Of a stretch of DNA of 64,000 bases, positions 22,132 to 31,394 are shown piece by piece. Below the pieces are notes generated by a model. It was given only the letters and a program-made list of their open reading frames with translations, was not told the origin of the DNA and did no database searches. The position numbers and the translations under genes were made by a program. Source of the stretch: an uncultured Candidatus Binatia bacterium (GTDB lineage Bacteria > Desulfobacterota > Binatia > UBA9968 > JAJDTQ01); the NCBI GenBank assembly GCA_965242525.1, contig OZ251459.1, forward strand, positions 3,904,001 to 3,968,000, given 5' to 3'. The stretch's first letter is position 1. Every line of letters begins with the position of its first letter.

Positions 22132-22270
22132 CGTCATTCCCGCGAAAGCATGTCCCCGCGGAAGCGGGGAGGGAATCCATCCATTCTCATGAAAAATCGC
22201 ATCCTTCGACTTCGCTGCGCTACGCTCAGGATGAACGGGGGTACATCTTCTCCACGCCAAGCTCAGGATG
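22132..22270. repeat. CGTC-type REP palindrome plus core repeat
   Basis: CGTCATTCCCGCGAAAGC-(ATGTCCCCGCGGAAGCGGGG)-..GGGAATCCA, then CCTTCGACTTCGCTGCGCTACGCTCAGGATGAACGG. Confidence 0.8.
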
Positions 22271-22534
22271 GACGGAAACAGGATTTCCGGCGTCCACCGC
22301 CCGGGAAGGCAAGCTGGACAGGGACAGGACTTCCGGCGTCCACCGCCGGAAAAGGCAAGGTGCGCCGCCGGAAGGCAGGTTGGCGAACGGCGGCTGCGGA
22401 CCTCTCTGCAAGCCTCTATCCGGCGCGGGCGGCTCCGAGCGCTCCCGATGGGGTTCGCCCGTTGTCAAGGGTCAGCGTAAGCGCTATAAACCGGGCGGAC
22501 GCTGGCGGGCGGTCCGCCGGGGATCCCATCGGCC

Positions 22535-23395
22535 ATGACCATTCCGGCTTTCGATCTCTTGAGACCCCGCACCGTGGCCGAAGCCGGCCGCATGCTGCTG
22601 GACCACGGCGAGGAGGCGAGGCCCATCGCCGGGGGGACGACCCTGGTCATCCTCATGAAGCAGCGGGCGCTGCGCTTCTCCCGTCTGGTGGACCTCCGGA
22701 CGATCCCCGGTCTGGACCGGATCGTCGAGAGCGACGGCTGCCTGAGCATCGGGGCGCTGGCCACCCACCGGTCGGTGGAACGCTCGCCCGCGGTGCTCCG
22801 GCGCGCTCCGGCCCTGGCCCGGGCCTTCGGTTGCGTGGGGAACGTGCGCATCCGCGAGACCGCGTCCGTGGGCGGCAACCTGGCCCACGCGGACTGCCGG
22901 CTCGACCCCCCGCCGGTGCTGCTCGCCCTCGGCGCCGAGGTGGTCCTGTCCGGGCCCCGGGGGACCCGCGTGGTGGCTCTCGCGGACTTCTACCGCGGCA
23001 TGTACGAGACCGCGCTGGAGCCCGGCGAGATCCTCCTGGAGGTGCGGACGCCGCGCCTGCCGGCCGCCGCGGGGGCCGCCTACTCGCGCTTCAGCTCCCT
23101 GTCGGCCAACGACTGGCCCTGCATCGGCGTGGCGGCGCTGTTGCGCCGGGAGGGAGAGCGTGTGGGCGAGCTTCGGATCGGGCTCGGCGGGGTTGCGGAA
23201 ACCCCCCTGCTGGCGGCCGGCCTGGACCGGTTCCGGCAGGAGCGCTGCTCCGAGGACCTCTGGGAAGCGGTGTGCGCGGCCATCGACCCCCAGATCGCGC
23301 CCGTGTCCGACCTTCGCGGCGCCGCGGACTACAAGCGCGAGATGACCCGGGTGTTCGTCAAGCGCACGTTGCGGGAGTTGGCCGCGTCCGGGTGA
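22535..23395 (+). CDS. Xanthine dehydrogenase/CoxM-family FAD-binding subunit
   Basis: PIAGGTTL, IGALATH, VGNVRIRETASVGGNLAH, SDLRGAADYKR. Confidence 0.92.
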   Translation: MTIPAFDLLRPRTVAEAGRMLLDHGEEARPIAGGTTLVILMKQRALRFSRLVDLRTIPGLDRIVESDGCLSIGALATHRSVERSPAVLRRAPALARAFGCVGNVRIRETASVGGNLAHADCRLDPPPVLLALGAEVVLSGPRGTRVVALADFYRGMYETALEPGEILLEVRTPRLPAAAGAAYSRFSSLSANDWPCIGVAALLRREGERVGELRIGLGGVAETPLLAAGLDRFRQERCSEDLWEAVCAAIDPQIAPVSDLRGAADYKREMTRVFVKRTLRELAASG

Positions 23396-23449
23396 AGGGC
23401 GCCCCGATAGATCGAGGCACGGATGGAGGTATTCCCCCACGCCGACCCT

Positions 23450-23649
23450 CCCATCCCCGTTCGTCCTGAGCGTAACGATACGATGAGACTCGTATGCGCA
23501 TTGATTGGCTCCCATCCCCGTTCGTTCCGAGCGAGTGACATGATGAGATTCATATCCGCATTGATTGGCCCCATACCCGTTCGTCCTGAGCGTAGCGAAG
23601 CGAAGTCGAAGGACGCACGCGCTCTCTCCGGGATGGATCAGGGTTTCCT
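23450..23649. repeat. Tandem ~60-bp repeats built on the core repeat, ending in a TIR-like end
   Basis: CCCATCCCCGTTCG.. units at 23450, 23511 and 23570; ends GATCAGGGTTTCC. Confidence 0.8.
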
Positions 23650-23734
23650 GACTCTTCAGGCTTTCGTGTGGGTAAGGCAGGAGGGGAAGGAGAGTGAAAA
23701 GGACCACGCCGTCATTGCTCCGCAGACACCTGCC

Positions 23735-23878
23735 CGTCATTCCCGCGAAAGCGGGAATCCAGTATGCAAGGCGCCATGGGGTTGAGTCGGAAGGGTGGAA
23801 ACACGGGGAGTTTTCATAGGAACGGATGGATTCCCGCCCCCGCTTCCGCGGGGACATGCTTTCGCGGGAATGACGGGA
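23735..23878 (-). pseudogene. REP-bracketed 5' fragment of a GIY-YIG (YhbQ-like) nuclease gene
   Basis: Inverted CGTCATTCCCGCGAAAGC palindromes enclose ATG(23817)-MKTPRVSTLPTQPHGALHTG, resembling MKxPxVYILASKPNGTLYTG. Confidence 0.6.
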
Positions 23879-24005
23879 GTGGGGCGTCCGCGACGCCAAA
23901 CCGGGAACGGCATGGTCGGAATGGGAGGGAAGCGGCCCTCATCGCGTGAGCGGGAGTGTCACAACCCACACGGATTCCGGAAGGCCCGTTTCCTGAAGCA
24001 GGTAC

Positions 24006-26348
24006 ATGGAAGGCTACTCCACAGTCGGCAAGTCCGTTGACCGCAGGGACGCGCTCCAGAAGGTGACGGGCCGGGTGCGGCACGTGGGCAGCATGGAGCC
24101 TCCCGGGCTGTTGCACGTGGCGGCGCTCCGGAGCCCCCACGCCCACGCGCGCATCGTGCGCATCGACAAGGAACGGGCCGCGTCCCGGGCCGGCGTGGCC
24201 GCGGTGCTCACGGGCGCGGACATCGCCGCCATGCCGGGGGTGGTCCCCTACCACGGGCCGGCGTTCGCCGACCAGCCGGTGCTGGCGGTGGACCGGGTGC
24301 GGCACGTGGGCGAGCCGGTGGCGGCGGTGGCTGCGGAGAGCCTGCGCGCCGCGGAAGAGGCGCTGGAACTCATCGAGGTGGAGTACGATCCCCTGCCGGT
24401 GGTGCTGGGCGTGCTCGACGCCATGGAGCCGGACGCCCCCATCATCCACGACGAGCTCCGACCCTCGGGGGCGTTCGCGGACCTGGCCCACGTGAAGGCC
24501 GGCGAGCGCTCCAACGTCTGCTACCACTACAAACTCCGCAAGGGCGACGTGGAACGGGCCTTCGCCGAAGCCGACCGCGTCTTCGAGGACGTGTTCACCG
24601 CGCCGCCGGCCCAGCACGTGCCCATGGAGGCCCACGTCTCGCTGGCCTACGTGGACGAGGCCGGGCGCATCAACCTGTACACCGCCAGCCAGTCGCCATC
24701 CTTCGTCCGGGGGGAGCTGGCGCGCATGCTCGGCGTGCCCATGAACCGCATCCGCGTGCGCGTGCCGTACCTGGGCGGCGGCTACGGCGCCAAACTCTAC
24801 AACAAGCTGGAGCCGCTGGTGGCGCTGCTGGCCCTGGCCACCCGCCGGCCGGTGAAGTACGGCCTGAGCCGGGAGGAGGAGTTCCACACCGTGACCAAGC
24901 ACGGCGTGGTGGTGAAGCTCGAGACCGCGGTCAAGGGATCGAACCTGACCGCGCGCAAGTGCGAGGTCTATTGGGACACGGGCGCGTTCGCCGAGATCGG
25001 CCCGAGGATCGTCCACAAGTCGGGCTACACGTCCTCCGGCCCCTACCGCATCCCCAACGTGTGGATCGACTCCTACTGCGTCTATACCAACAAGCCCCCC
25101 GCGGGGCCGTTCCGCGGCTTCGGCGTGCCGCAGGTGATCTGGGCCTACGACTCCCAGATGGACATCATCGCCCGGGGCCTCGGGGTGGATCCGGTGGAGT
25201 TCCGCCTGCGGCACGCGCTGGAGGAGGGGGAGCCCTTCGTCACCGGGACGCCGGTGCACGCCTGCGGCCTGAAGGAGTCCGTGCGGCGGGCCGCGGACGC
25301 GGTGGGGTGGGGCCGGCCCGGAAAGACGGCCGCCGCGGGCGCGAAACGCCGGGGCAAGGGCATCGCCTGCGGGGTCAAGGCGGTGCTCACGCCGTCCATC
25401 TCCGGCGCGGTGGTCATCCTGAACGCCGACGGCAGCGCCAACGTCCTGAGCAGCACCGTGGAGATGGGCCAGGGATCCGAGAGCGCGCTGGCGCAGATCG
25501 CGGCCGAAGAGCTGGGCGTCCCCTTCGACCGGGTCCACGTGGTGCAGCCGGACACGGACGTGACCCCCTACGACACCATCACCGCGGGGAGCCGCTCCAC
25601 CTACCACATGGGCAACGCGGTGCGCGCGGCCGCGGCCAAGGTCAAGGCGGAGCTCTTCGACACGGTGGCCCGGGCCCTGGAGATCGACGCCGGCGACCTG
25701 GAAGCGTCCGGCGGCCGGGTGTTCGTGCGCGGCGCCGAGGAGCGGGGCATGACCGTGACCGAGGCGTTCCTGGCCCGGTTCGGGAGTCTCGGCACCACCA
25801 TGACCGGCGAAGGCGTGTGCCAGCCGACGGTGGCGCCCATGGACCCGGAGACCGGCCAGTCGGAGAAGTGCACCGAGTACTGGTTCGCCTCGGCCAGCGC
25901 GGTGGAGGTGGAGGTGGACACGGAGACGGGCCGCGTGGAGGTGCTGCAATTCCACTGCGCCGGCGACGCCGGCACGGCCATCAACCCCAAGTACTGCGAG
26001 CAGCAGCTCGTGGGGGCGGCCGCCATGCACCTGGGCCTCACGTTGTTCGAGCAGATGGTGTTCGAGGAAGGGCGGCTCCTCAATGGTTCGCTGCTGGACT
26101 ACCAGATCGCCTCCATGGAGGACGTGCCCGCGGCCTTCCACCCCATCGTGGTGGAGGTCCCGCACAAGGACGGCCCCTTCGGGGCCAAGGGCATCGGCGA
26201 GACCGGCGCCCTGACCGTGGCCGCGGCCGTGGCCAACGCGGTGGAGGACGCGGTGGGCGTGCGCATACGCGACGTCCCGCTGACCGCGGAGCGGATCTAC
26301 CGGGCGCTGAAAGCCGCGGGGAAGACATGGAACGGGCCGTCAGCCTGA
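24006..26348 (+). CDS. Xanthine dehydrogenase-family molybdopterin-binding large subunit
   Basis: LRSPHAHA, LGGGYGAK, PAGPFRGFGVPQ, EMGQG, GAKGIGE. Lacks the AYxCSFR motif of form I CO dehydrogenase. Confidence 0.93.
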   Translation: MEGYSTVGKSVDRRDALQKVTGRVRHVGSMEPPGLLHVAALRSPHAHARIVRIDKERAASRAGVAAVLTGADIAAMPGVVPYHGPAFADQPVLAVDRVRHVGEPVAAVAAESLRAAEEALELIEVEYDPLPVVLGVLDAMEPDAPIIHDELRPSGAFADLAHVKAGERSNVCYHYKLRKGDVERAFAEADRVFEDVFTAPPAQHVPMEAHVSLAYVDEAGRINLYTASQSPSFVRGELARMLGVPMNRIRVRVPYLGGGYGAKLYNKLEPLVALLALATRRPVKYGLSREEEFHTVTKHGVVVKLETAVKGSNLTARKCEVYWDTGAFAEIGPRIVHKSGYTSSGPYRIPNVWIDSYCVYTNKPPAGPFRGFGVPQVIWAYDSQMDIIARGLGVDPVEFRLRHALEEGEPFVTGTPVHACGLKESVRRAADAVGWGRPGKTAAAGAKRRGKGIACGVKAVLTPSISGAVVILNADGSANVLSSTVEMGQGSESALAQIAAEELGVPFDRVHVVQPDTDVTPYDTITAGSRSTYHMGNAVRAAAAKVKAELFDTVARALEIDAGDLEASGGRVFVRGAEERGMTVTEAFLARFGSLGTTMTGEGVCQPTVAPMDPETGQSEKCTEYWFASASAVEVEVDTETGRVEVLQFHCAGDAGTAINPKYCEQQLVGAAAMHLGLTLFEQMVFEEGRLLNGSLLDYQIASMEDVPAAFHPIVVEVPHKDGPFGAKGIGETGALTVAAAVANAVEDAVGVRIRDVPLTAERIYRALKAAGKTWNGPSA

Positions 26349-26800
26349 CCGTCAACGGCCAGCCCCGGGAGCTGCGGGTCAACGACGCCGACACCCTGCT
26401 GGAGGTCATGCGGGACCGGCTCAAGCTCTGGAGCGTGCGGGAGGCGTGCGGCGTGGGCGCCTGCGGGAGCTGTACCGTGCTGCTGGACGGAAGGCCGGTG
26501 AGCGCGTGCTTCCTGCTGGCGACGCGCCTGGACGGCAGCGCGGTGGAGACCGTCGAGGGCCTCGGCGGCCCCGACGACCTGCACCCCCTCCAGCAGGCGT
26601 TCCTGGAGCACGACGCGGCCCAGTGCGGCTACTGCACCCCGGGCTTCCTCATGGCCGCCAAGGCGTTGCTGGCGGAGCGCAGCGACCCCACCGAGGACCA
26701 GATCCGCGAGTACCTGTCGGGCAACCTGTGCCGTTGCGGCGGCTACCCCAACATCGTGCGGGCGGTCCGCGCCGCCGCGGCCCGGACCCGCGAGGGATGA
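26327..26800 (+). CDS. (2Fe-2S)-binding small subunit (CoxS-like)
   Basis: CGVGACGSCTV..QCGYCTPG..GNLCRCGGY. Confidence 0.94.
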   Translation: MERAVSLTVNGQPRELRVNDADTLLEVMRDRLKLWSVREACGVGACGSCTVLLDGRPVSACFLLATRLDGSAVETVEGLGGPDDLHPLQQAFLEHDAAQCGYCTPGFLMAAKALLAERSDPTEDQIREYLSGNLCRCGGYPNIVRAVRAAAARTREG

Positions 26801-29028
26801 CCCGGCCCATGGAACCCGGCCCCCGCGGTGACCCCCTGGCGGCGTTGCTGGAACCCCGGAGCATCGCCGTGGTCGGGGCGTCGGAACGGGCGCCCCACGC
26901 CGCGGCGCTGGTGCGGAACCTGCTGCGGTTCGGCTTCCCCGCGGAGCGTATCCACCCGGTCAACCCCCGCTACCCGCGGCTGTTCGAGCGGCCGTGCTAC
27001 CCCGCGGTGGGAGACGTGCCCGAAGACGTGGACCTTGCGGTGCTTGCGATCCCCCGCCGCGGCGTGGTCCCGGCCATGGAGGAATGCGCCGCCAAGGGGG
27101 TTCGGGCCGCCCTCGTGGTGGCCACCGGCTTCGGCGAGTTCGACCGCGAGGGACGGCGCCATCAGGCCGAGCTGGCCCGTCTCGTGCGCGCCCACGACAT
27201 TGCGCTGTGCGGTCCCAACACCCTGGGGTACGTGGCCCTCCCGGGCGGCGCCGCGCTCTGGACCTCGCCGCTCCCCGAGCACCTGGCCGCGGGCCCGGTG
27301 AGCGCGGTGTTCACCAGCGCCGGCCTGCTCAACCTCTTCTTCCACACCGCCGCGGACCGCTGCCTGGGCTTCCGGTACGCCGCGGCTCCGGGCAACCAGG
27401 TGGGCGCGGGCTTCACCGACTACTTCCGGGCCGCGGTGGACGACCCCGGCACCCGGGTCATCGCCGCGGTCATCGAGTCCGTGAGCCGGCCCGGGGAGAT
27501 GGCCGGGCTCCTGGACCGGGCCCGGGAACGCGGGAAGACGGTGGTGGCGCTGCGGCTCGGTAGGTCCCGGAAGGGCGAACGCGCGGTCACCTCCCATTCG
27601 GGCAACATGGCCACTTCCGGAGCGGTGTGGGACGGGCTGTTCCGGCAGAAGGGCGTCATCCCGGTGGACAACATGGACCAGATGCTGGAGGCAACGGCCC
27701 TGGCCGCGGCGGACCCGGACGCGCGCCGCTTCGCCGGTTCCGGCGGCGTGGGCATGGTCACCATCTCGGGCGGGGATTGCAGCTTCCTGGCCGACGTCTG
27801 CGAGCGCAACGGAGTCCCCCTGCCGGAGCCGTCGGAGGCCACCTACCAGGCATTGCGGAGCTGCTTCGACAAGGAGCGCTTCAACGGCAACCCGCTGGAC
27901 ATCGAGGACCTGCACGTGGCGGACCCGGACAAGTACCTGGAGTGCCTGGAGACGTTCGTGAAGGACGAGAACTTCGCCGTGGTCTGTTGCCGCCTGAGCC
28001 TGCCCGGGAGTCCCAACGACCGGCTCCGGGAGTTGTACCGCCAGTCCGCGGCGGTGGCCCGGCGCAACCGCAAGCCGGTGGTGTTTTTGTCCCGGGCCAG
28101 CGAGTTGCTGGACCGGTCCTGGTTCCGGTTCTTCCACGAGTTGGGCGCGCCTTTCCTGATGGAGTACGAGAAGTCGCTCCGCGCGGTGAAGGAGGTCCTC
28201 GCGCTGTCGCAGCGGAGTCCCGCGGGCGGCCCGGACGCAACCGTTGCAAACGATGCAACGGAGACAGCCGCGCCCGCCCCCTCGGAGGTCGCTGCGTTGC
28301 GGCGTCTCATGGCCGGCGGCGACCCGTCCCACGCCGCGGTGCAACGGCTCCTCGACGCCTACGGGATCCCGGTTGCGCCCGAGCGCCTGGTCCATGACCG
28401 GGACGAGGCCGCAGCCGCGGCCGGCGACCTGGGTTTCCCCGTGGCCCTGAAGGTCCGGTCCCCGGACCTGCCCCACAAGACCGAGGCGGGCGGGGTGCTG
28501 CTGAACCTGGGGAGCCGCGGGGAAGCGGCCTCGGCCTACGACCGGTTGCTCCGACGGGTGGCCGGGAGCGCGCCCCATGCCCGTATCGAAGGGGTGCTGG
28601 TGCAGAAGATGGTGGAGGGGGCGGTGGAGGTCATAATCGGGACGTCGCGCACGCCGGACCTGGGGGTCTGCCTCGCGTTCGGCCTGGGCGGCATCTACAC
28701 CGAGGTGCTGAAGGACGTGTCGTTCCGGCTGCCGCGGCTGGACCTGCAGGAAGCCCACCGCATGATCCGGGAGATACGCGCCTACCCGCTGCTCACCGGC
28801 GTCCGGGGCCAGCCCAAGGCCGACGTCCCGGCGCTGGCGCGGGCCATCGCGGCCCTTTCGCGGTTGGCCGCGGACCTGGGCGAGGAAGTGGACGAGGTCG
28901 AGTTCAACCCCCTGTTGGTCCTGCCGGAGGGACGAGGGGTCCTGGCGGTCGATACCCTGGTGCGATGCGCCCGCGGGGAAGCGGGCCCGGGGGCGGCGCG
29001 GAACGAGCCGCTCGGTCTGGAGGAGTGA
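26797..29028 (+). CDS. NDP-forming acyl-CoA synthetase (acetate-CoA ligase family, fused alpha/beta)
   Basis: PRSIAVVGAS, GPNTLG, phospho-His SHSG, NPLD, and an ATP-grasp region HKTEAGGV..FGLGGI..NPL. Confidence 0.9.
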   Translation: MTRPMEPGPRGDPLAALLEPRSIAVVGASERAPHAAALVRNLLRFGFPAERIHPVNPRYPRLFERPCYPAVGDVPEDVDLAVLAIPRRGVVPAMEECAAKGVRAALVVATGFGEFDREGRRHQAELARLVRAHDIALCGPNTLGYVALPGGAALWTSPLPEHLAAGPVSAVFTSAGLLNLFFHTAADRCLGFRYAAAPGNQVGAGFTDYFRAAVDDPGTRVIAAVIESVSRPGEMAGLLDRARERGKTVVALRLGRSRKGERAVTSHSGNMATSGAVWDGLFRQKGVIPVDNMDQMLEATALAAADPDARRFAGSGGVGMVTISGGDCSFLADVCERNGVPLPEPSEATYQALRSCFDKERFNGNPLDIEDLHVADPDKYLECLETFVKDENFAVVCCRLSLPGSPNDRLRELYRQSAAVARRNRKPVVFLSRASELLDRSWFRFFHELGAPFLMEYEKSLRAVKEVLALSQRSPAGGPDATVANDATETAAPAPSEVAALRRLMAGGDPSHAAVQRLLDAYGIPVAPERLVHDRDEAAAAAGDLGFPVALKVRSPDLPHKTEAGGVLLNLGSRGEAASAYDRLLRRVAGSAPHARIEGVLVQKMVEGAVEVIIGTSRTPDLGVCLAFGLGGIYTEVLKDVSFRLPRLDLQEAHRMIREIRAYPLLTGVRGQPKADVPALARAIAALSRLAADLGEEVDEVEFNPLLVLPEGRGVLAVDTLVRCARGEAGPGAARNEPLGLEE

Positions 29029-29033
29029 CGCCC

Positions 29034-30098
29034 ATGAAGATCACGGAACTGCGGGTCGAGACCCTCGACCTGCCGTACAGGAAGCCGCTCATCACCGCCA
29101 CCAACCAGTTCTACACGGCCCGGGGTTTCCTGGTCCACGCGGAGTCGGACGGGGGCCTCACCGGATACGGTTACATCGACGTGTTCCCGAGGACCGGGGA
29201 GACCGTCGGCTCGGCCCGGTACGCCATCGAAGAGGTCATCCGGCCGCTGCTGGTGGGGCAGCCCATCGAAGAGCTGGCGCGGCTGAGCCGCCTGATGAAC
29301 GAGAAGATCACCGACAACCGCCGGGCCAAGGGGGGCGTGGAGATGGCCCTCTACGACCTCCTGGGCAAGCGCTTCGACGCGCCGCTCTACGCGCTGCTCG
29401 GGGGGTTGGCGCGGACCGAGGTCACGGTCATCAAGATGGTCGGCCTGGGGCCGCCGCTGGAGATGGCGCGCCAGTGCCGGGAGCTGGTGGACCAGGGCTA
29501 CCGCGCCCTCAAGCTCAAGATCAAGGGCGAGGTAGGTCTGGACCTCGCCCGGGTGGCCGCGGTCCGCGGCGTGGTGGGCCCGGACATCTTCCTCAAGGTG
29601 GACGCCAACGAGGCCTTCGACGCCAAGTCTGCCGTCCGCATGGCCGCGGGCATGGCCGACCTCGGGGTGGCGGTGTTCGAGCAGCCGGTGCCGCGGCACC
29701 ACCACGAGGCCCTGGCCGAGGTGAGGCGCCGGTCGAGCATCCCCATCGAGGCCGACCAGTCCGCGGGCTCGGTGCACGAAGCCTTCCGGCTCCTCCGGGA
29801 CGGCGCCTGCGACGCCGTCAACACGGGCATACTCAAGGCCGGCGGGGTGCAGCAGGCCCGGCAGATCATCGACCTGTGCGCCCTGACCGGGGCCAAGTGC
29901 GGCCTGAGCAACATCGCCGCCTGCATGGTGGGAGACGCGGCCCTGCTGCACTTGGCCCTGAGCTCCCCCGGCGTCTCCGAGTTCTGCGAGATCGGGGAGT
30001 GCGAGGCCATCACCGGCGACCCCTTCACCGGCATCCGCGTGGTGGACGGAAAGCTCCACGCCCCGGAAGGCCCGGGCCTGGGCGTCGTCAACGACTGA
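29034..30098 (+). CDS. Mandelate racemase/muconate lactonizing enzyme family protein
   Basis: ALYDLLGK, KLK, VDANE, FEQP, PIEADQ, PEGPGLG. Confidence 0.9.
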   Translation: MKITELRVETLDLPYRKPLITATNQFYTARGFLVHAESDGGLTGYGYIDVFPRTGETVGSARYAIEEVIRPLLVGQPIEELARLSRLMNEKITDNRRAKGGVEMALYDLLGKRFDAPLYALLGGLARTEVTVIKMVGLGPPLEMARQCRELVDQGYRALKLKIKGEVGLDLARVAAVRGVVGPDIFLKVDANEAFDAKSAVRMAAGMADLGVAVFEQPVPRHHHEALAEVRRRSSIPIEADQSAGSVHEAFRLLRDGACDAVNTGILKAGGVQQARQIIDLCALTGAKCGLSNIAACMVGDAALLHLALSSPGVSEFCEIGECEAITGDPFTGIRVVDGKLHAPEGPGLGVVND

Positions 30099-30141
30099 AG
30101 CCGTGGACTGCGGCTCCGTCGCCGGTGGTCCCATGCAATAT

Positions 30142-30214
30142 CCCCGTTCGTCCTGAGCGTAGCGAAGCGAAGTCGAAGGACGCGCTCATGCTCCCTCGAT
30201 TGTTCGGAGGTTCC
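30142..30214. repeat. Core repeat plus one TIR
   Basis: Core followed by ATTGTTCGGAGGTTCC. Confidence 0.8.
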
Positions 30215-30247
30215 CCCGGTCGCCTGACGGTGTTGGGGAGGTAGTGC

Positions 30248-31366
30248 ATGGCTTCGCCGCGGACACCGGGCCGCTCCGGCTTCTTGCCCCGCTTCCCGTG
30301 GCTGGGCAGCGACCTGCAGACGCTCCGTTACTATTTCTTTCCACCCCGCGCGGACCTGTCCGCCTGGCCCCCCCGGCGAGTGAGTTTCCCCCTCCAAGAC
30401 ACCGGAGGCGACACGCTGCTGGCGGCGTTGCACCGCCCGGCGAGCGACGCGGCCCGGCCGCTGGTGGTCCTGGCGCACGGGCTCACGGGATGCGAGGGCA
30501 GCTCCTACATGCTGGAGACCGCGCGCTTCTTCCTCACCGCGGGCTATCCGGTCATGCGCCTCAACCTCCGAGGCGCGGGTCCGTCCCGGGACACGTGCCG
30601 CGGCAGCTACTGTGCCGGCTCCGGCGGCGACATCGGGGCGGTGCTTGCGGCGCTGGACGCGGAGGACGCCCGTCGAGGGGTGGCGCTGGTGGGATTCTCC
30701 CTGGGCGGCGCCATCGTCCTGGACTTCCTCGCCCGGCGCGTGCAGTCGGCGCGGCCCCGGGGGTCCGGTCCCGGTATCGACGCTGGAAGCGCCGTGGGCG
30801 AAGGCCATCTCCAGGCCACGGCGCGGGAGTCCGGTCTTGGCATCGACGCCGGAAGCGCCCGGCGCGGGCGCGCGGCTCTGCCCATCTGCGCGGTCACGGT
30901 CTCGGCGCCCCTCGACCTCGGGGCCGCGGTCCACAGGATGATGCGTCCCCGCAACGTCCTCTACCACCGGTGGCTGCTCGCGCGCATGAAGGACGCGGTC
31001 AGCACCGGCGCCCTCCGGGTCTCCGGGCGGGAACGCGACGCGGTCCGGGCCGCCCGCAGCATCCGCGAGTTCGACGACGCCTTCACCGCCCCCCGGAACG
31101 GCTTCGCGGACGCCGACGACTACTATGCGCGTTGCTCCGTCCAGGGAGTCCTGGACCGCGTGGAGACGCCGACGCTGCTCCTCCACGCCAGGAACGACCC
31201 CTGGATACCCTCCGCGGCCTACGAGGAGGCCAGCCGCAACGCGCAGGCCCACGTGACCCTGACCAACGACGGCGGCCACGTGGGGTTCCACGGCCGCGGC
31301 AACCCCACGCCCTGGTACAACACCGTCATCCAAGCGTTCCTGGAGCAGCAGGCAGCCTGTCCCTGA
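30248..31366 (+). CDS. YheT-like alpha/beta hydrolase
   Basis: HGLTG, GFSLGG nucleophile elbow, NDPWI, GGHVGF. Confidence 0.88.
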   Translation: MASPRTPGRSGFLPRFPWLGSDLQTLRYYFFPPRADLSAWPPRRVSFPLQDTGGDTLLAALHRPASDAARPLVVLAHGLTGCEGSSYMLETARFFLTAGYPVMRLNLRGAGPSRDTCRGSYCAGSGGDIGAVLAALDAEDARRGVALVGFSLGGAIVLDFLARRVQSARPRGSGPGIDAGSAVGEGHLQATARESGLGIDAGSARRGRAALPICAVTVSAPLDLGAAVHRMMRPRNVLYHRWLLARMKDAVSTGALRVSGRERDAVRAARSIREFDDAFTAPRNGFADADDYYARCSVQGVLDRVETPTLLLHARNDPWIPSAAYEEASRNAQAHVTLTNDGGHVGFHGRGNPTPWYNTVIQAFLEQQAACP

Positions 31367-31394
31367 ACACGACACGCCCGGGCCAGGCAGAGGG

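Noticed and set aside
22271-22365. Two ~48-bp direct repeats (CAGGAyTTCCGGCGTCCACCGCC..AAGGCAAG)
   Set aside because: A simple local duplication next to the repeat complex, with no further copies or evident function.
23450-23620. CRISPR-like periodicity (~60 bp), also at 31424-31640 and 63398-63545
   Set aside because: The intervening segments are similar to each other rather than unique spacers, the repeats are degenerate, and no cas genes are present. These are tandem duplications.
24006-26348. Aerobic CO dehydrogenase CoxL
   Set aside because: The active-site loop reads PAGPFRGFG, not AYxCSFR, and the gene order is M-L-S.
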